From: an uncultured Eubacteriales bacterium
Lineage (GTDB): Bacteria > Acidobacteriota > Aminicenantia > Aminicenantales > Aminicenantaceae
Assembly: GCA_964456985.1 (NCBI GenBank)
Contig: CAYWDH010000010.1
Coordinates: 850 to 64,849 of the forward strand
DNA length: 64,000 bases
Reading direction: 5' to 3'
The translations under genes were made by a program, and so were the position numbers. Positions within the stretch are counted from its first letter, which is position 1; each line of letters begins with the position of its first letter. Positions 61,081 to 64,000 of the stretch are shown piece by piece. The notes below the pieces were generated by a model. The model ran no database searches, was not told the DNA's origin, and worked only from the letters and a program-made list of their open reading frames with translations.

Positions 61081-63470
61081 TAAAAAGCTATATACTTATT
61101 GCATTAAGAAATCTGAAAAAACAAAAGACCTTTTCCTGGATCAACATTTTCGGAATGGCTGTGGGCATGGCAGGCTTTATACTGTTTGCCCTTATGGCCG
61201 GTTCCAAACTCAGGGCCGACAAGTTCCATGAAAAAGCAGATCAGATCTACAGCGTGGTCCAGGTCTTTCAAAAAGAAAACAAAGAGGACCAGCACCTGGC
61301 ATATACTCCCGGGCCCATGGCCAAAGCACTGCGCAGTGAATTTCCCGAGATAAAGGATGCGTGCCGTGTTTATCCGGCCGGTCAGGTCACTCTTAAAAAG
61401 GGGGAAGATGCCTTTTCCGAGCGCAGCGTGCTGTTCGTCGATCCATCCTTTTTATCTTTGTTTTCTTTTAAAATGACAGCCGGTGACCCTGGAACTGCGC
61501 TCAGCGAGCCGTATTCTCTGGTTTTATCCGAAGCCTCCGCCCGGAAATATTTCGGAGATGAAAATCCTATTGGCAGGGTGCTGACTTTAAATAAGGACAC
61601 AAGCCTGCGGATTACAGGAGTTACAAAAAACATAACCCGGACTTCTTCCATCAAATTTAATTTTCTGGTCTCTCTGGAAACGGTTCGGGCCTTCTCCGGC
61701 ATCCTGGATGATTGGTCAGCCCATCGAATGGCCACTTTTCTTCTGGTCCGTGATGGGTTTGATCGGTCCGGTTTTGAGGAAAGGCTTCCTGATTTTCTCT
61801 CCAAGCATTTTAACAGCGGGCCGGAATCACCTAAAAAAATATATCTTTTTCCTTTTCTCGATTTTCGGTTAAAGTCCAGGCATATCACTTCTTTCATGGG
61901 AAGCAGCAGCCCGGCCAGTGTGGTTATCATCTTTTCCGTCGGTATTCTGCTTCTTCTTGTGGTGAGCATCAACTTTGTCAATCTGGCTACTGTACGCTCC
62001 ATGCACAGGACCAAAGAGATCGGGCTCCGCAAAGTTGTCGGCGCCAGGAGGCCCCAACTGATCCTCCAGTTTTTGGGCGAGTCCATGGTTTTATCTATCA
62101 TCGCCATCCCTTTGGCCGTTATCCTGTATGAGATCATACACCCCATTTTTTATGCCTCTATGGGGGATTTGGCTATGGTGTCCTTTGTCCCTCAAGTATC
62201 GAACTCCATCTGGAACTATCCCTTCCTTCTAAAATACCTAGTGGGTGCGGCTGTGCTCACAGGCCTTTTCTCCGGACTCTATCCTGCCTTGTTTCTTTCG
62301 AGTCTGCAGCCTCTGCATGTACTGAAGGAAAACTTCCAGCCGGGGCGAAAAAAGAAAAGAGGGAGCAAAGCTATGATCGTGTTCCAGTTTTCGCTTTCCA
62401 TACTATTCATCTCATGTGCTTCCCTGTTGAAATACCAATCAAAGCATCTGTTCGAGGCTGATTTTGGATACAGCAGGGAGAATGTAGCTTATGTGGAACT
62501 GGGAAAAGAGGCCCGGGACAAGCTTGACGTTTTGAAAACAGAAATCGCCCGCCATCAGGAGGTGGTTCAAGTCTCTGGGGCAGGAAGCCTTCCTGTGGTC
62601 TGGGAGTCTCCGGAACCGGTCCGCTTACCGGATGCAGCTGAGGATGAATCCGTTACCATGCAGGCCTACGGAGTAGACTATGGTTTTGTGGAAACGCTTG
62701 AGATCCAGATGCAGAAAGGCCGCAGCTTCAGCCGGGATTTTGCGGACGCAGACAGCCTCATCCTCAATGAAGCGGCCCTTAAAAAGCTCAAATGGGAACA
62801 TCCCATAGGCAGACAATTAGTTGTTAGCGGCCGGACTGGAACAGTGGTCGGGGTAGCTGACGATTTTCTCTTTGCGGATATAGGATTTCAACTCCCTCCT
62901 GCAGTTCTGTATCTGGCGCCTGAAGAATCCCGGGTTCTGCTTGTAAGATATTCCTCTGAAGAGGGATTTCCCGAACTCCGGAAATACATTAAAAAGCAGT
63001 GGGTGACCTTTATGCCGGATAGCCCTTTTGAGTGTTTGACATTGTCAGATTATTTCAACAGGGTGTTCGGCCTTCTGGGCAAGCTGACCGGGTTTCTGAA
63101 CATGATCGGAATGACAGCCATTTTGTTCTCCTGCCTTGGGCTTTTGGGACTGACCTCCTATCTGACAAAGCAGAGGACCAAAGAGATAGGGATCCGCAAA
63201 GTGCTGGGCGCCTCAACGGGGAAAATCATGTGGAAAATGACGCGTGAGTTTCTCGTTCTGGTGGCTGTGGCGAATGTGGTCGCTCTGGGGCTTGTGTATT
63301 TCGGCTGGAGCAAGGCCCTTCAGACCGGATTGTTGTTCATAACTCCCATTAATGCGGGCACCTATATTATGGCTGTGACTGTTTCGCTTGCCGCTGCGTT
63401 TCTGGCTGTTTTGACCCAGACTCTGAAAGCAGCCCGGACTAACCCGGCGCGCTCCCTACGTTGCGAATAA
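61077..63470 (+). CDS. FtsX/MacB-like duplicated ABC permease
   Basis: The MIKSYILIALRNLKKQK start overlaps the upstream stop (ATGA). It has two FtsX blocks (EIGLRKVVGARRPQL and EIGIRKVLGASTGKI) and a MacB periplasmic-core-like region. Confidence 0.85.
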   Translation: MIKSYILIALRNLKKQKTFSWINIFGMAVGMAGFILFALMAGSKLRADKFHEKADQIYSVVQVFQKENKEDQHLAYTPGPMAKALRSEFPEIKDACRVYPAGQVTLKKGEDAFSERSVLFVDPSFLSLFSFKMTAGDPGTALSEPYSLVLSEASARKYFGDENPIGRVLTLNKDTSLRITGVTKNITRTSSIKFNFLVSLETVRAFSGILDDWSAHRMATFLLVRDGFDRSGFEERLPDFLSKHFNSGPESPKKIYLFPFLDFRLKSRHITSFMGSSSPASVVIIFSVGILLLLVVSINFVNLATVRSMHRTKEIGLRKVVGARRPQLILQFLGESMVLSIIAIPLAVILYEIIHPIFYASMGDLAMVSFVPQVSNSIWNYPFLLKYLVGAAVLTGLFSGLYPALFLSSLQPLHVLKENFQPGRKKKRGSKAMIVFQFSLSILFISCASLLKYQSKHLFEADFGYSRENVAYVELGKEARDKLDVLKTEIARHQEVVQVSGAGSLPVVWESPEPVRLPDAAEDESVTMQAYGVDYGFVETLEIQMQKGRSFSRDFADADSLILNEAALKKLKWEHPIGRQLVVSGRTGTVVGVADDFLFADIGFQLPPAVLYLAPEESRVLLVRYSSEEGFPELRKYIKKQWVTFMPDSPFECLTLSDYFNRVFGLLGKLTGFLNMIGMTAILFSCLGLLGLTSYLTKQRTKEIGIRKVLGASTGKIMWKMTREFLVLVAVANVVALGLVYFGWSKALQTGLLFITPINAGTYIMAVTVSLAAAFLAVLTQTLKAARTNPARSLRCE

Positions 63471-63495
63471 AATGTTCATTATATTTTAATTTCCT

Positions 63496-63524
63496 TTGAC
63501 TTTTGAAAGAAATATCTGTACAAT
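63496..63524 (+). promoter_or_regulatory. Sigma70-like promoter TTGACT-N17-TACAAT upstream of the second PadR gene
   Basis: It was read directly. The imperfect inverted repeat GAAATATC...GATATCTTTC brackets the -10 element. Confidence 0.35.
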
Positions 63525-63568
63525 GGTTTTGATATCTTTCATAAATTGAAGGTAATGGAGCAAATATC

Positions 63569-63901
63569 ATGAAATTCCTCACACGCCAGGAAGAACTGGT
63601 TCTTCTTTCGGTTTTTAAATTAAAGGAAAAAGCATATCTGATTTCTATCCAAGAATACCTCGATCATTATACAGGAAAGAACTGGTCGATCAGTTCGGTT
63701 TATATCCCATTAAGCCGGCTGGAAAAAAGAGGGTATTTAAAGACAACCATTGGCGAGGCTACTGAGAAGCGCGGGGGAAAAGCCATTAAGTACTATCAAT
63801 TGACAAAGATTGGACTTGAAGGCCTTGCTGAACTTGAGAATATTAACGAGACCATGTGGAGAGGTGTTAAAGGATTAATAGAAAAACTTGAAACCCCCTA
63901 A
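63569..63901 (+). CDS. PadR-family transcriptional regulator (second module)
   Basis: It has YLISIQEYL...SVYIPLSRLEKRGYL...KYYQLTKIG. Confidence 0.85.
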   Translation: MKFLTRQEELVLLSVFKLKEKAYLISIQEYLDHYTGKNWSISSVYIPLSRLEKRGYLKTTIGEATEKRGGKAIKYYQLTKIGLEGLAELENINETMWRGVKGLIEKLETP

Positions 63902-63909
63902 ATAAAGCC

Positions 63910-64000
63910 ATGCGAAAAAAGCCTCCTCGAATAGCCGCCGCACTTCTCAGATGGGTTTTGCCGCTAAAGGATAGGGATTATCTTTTAGGGGATTACGAAG
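63910..64000 (+). CDS. N-terminal prefix of a second FtsX-type permease (runs off the window edge)
   Basis: MRKKPPRIAAALLRWVLPLKDRDYLLGDYE is the typical permease-prefix sequence that follows PadR genes. Confidence 0.6.
   Translation, partial: MRKKPPRIAAALLRWVLPLKDRDYLLGDYE

Overview
This 64-kb chromosomal segment looks like it comes from a diderm bacterium, since it encodes Skp/OmpH, TolC, lipoproteins and a TAT-signal sulfatase. Its composition is visibly mosaic. The GC-richer stretches carry an ABC-2 exporter, a CzcCBA-type metal efflux operon, a CocE/NonD hydrolase, a 5'-nucleotidase, a sulfatase, an SDR and two PadR-led FtsX permease modules. AT-rich accessory islands interrupt these stretches. 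(i) 3.9-14 kb is a defence island. It holds an HNH nuclease, a tightly packed four-gene module (DprA-like protein, nuclease-fused N6-adenine methyltransferase, SNF2 helicase, Mrr-like nuclease), and an HhH-GPD-like/DUF6884-like pair. (ii) 14-21.2 kb holds a ClpP-fold SDH protease and an ABC importer linked to two radical-SAM enzymes and a membrane protein. (iii) 21.5-25.9 kb is an operon of a non-canonical RCK ion channel, a UvrD helicase with a Cas4-like nuclease, and a DUF1232-like protein. (iv) 26.9-30 kb holds a GmrSD-AlbA_2 fusion and an orphan YgjP-like protease. (v) 33-38.7 kb is a radical-SAM/SPASM (RRE-fused) locus with an internally duplicated candidate substrate protein and a four-fold 10-bp-phased operator-like repeat. 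The strongest signal not explained by genes is a roughly 100-nt oriented repeat family. It has ten full copies and one fragment between 30 and 58 kb. The copies sit on or just after gene stop codons, carry an invariant TTTTCCACA core, and have rewritten the C-termini of at least four proteins. One copy also bounds a ~430-bp gene-fragment duplication. I recognised no rRNA, tRNA, CRISPR array, transposase or integrase. All protein calls rest on motif reading of the supplied translations, and no database search was possible.
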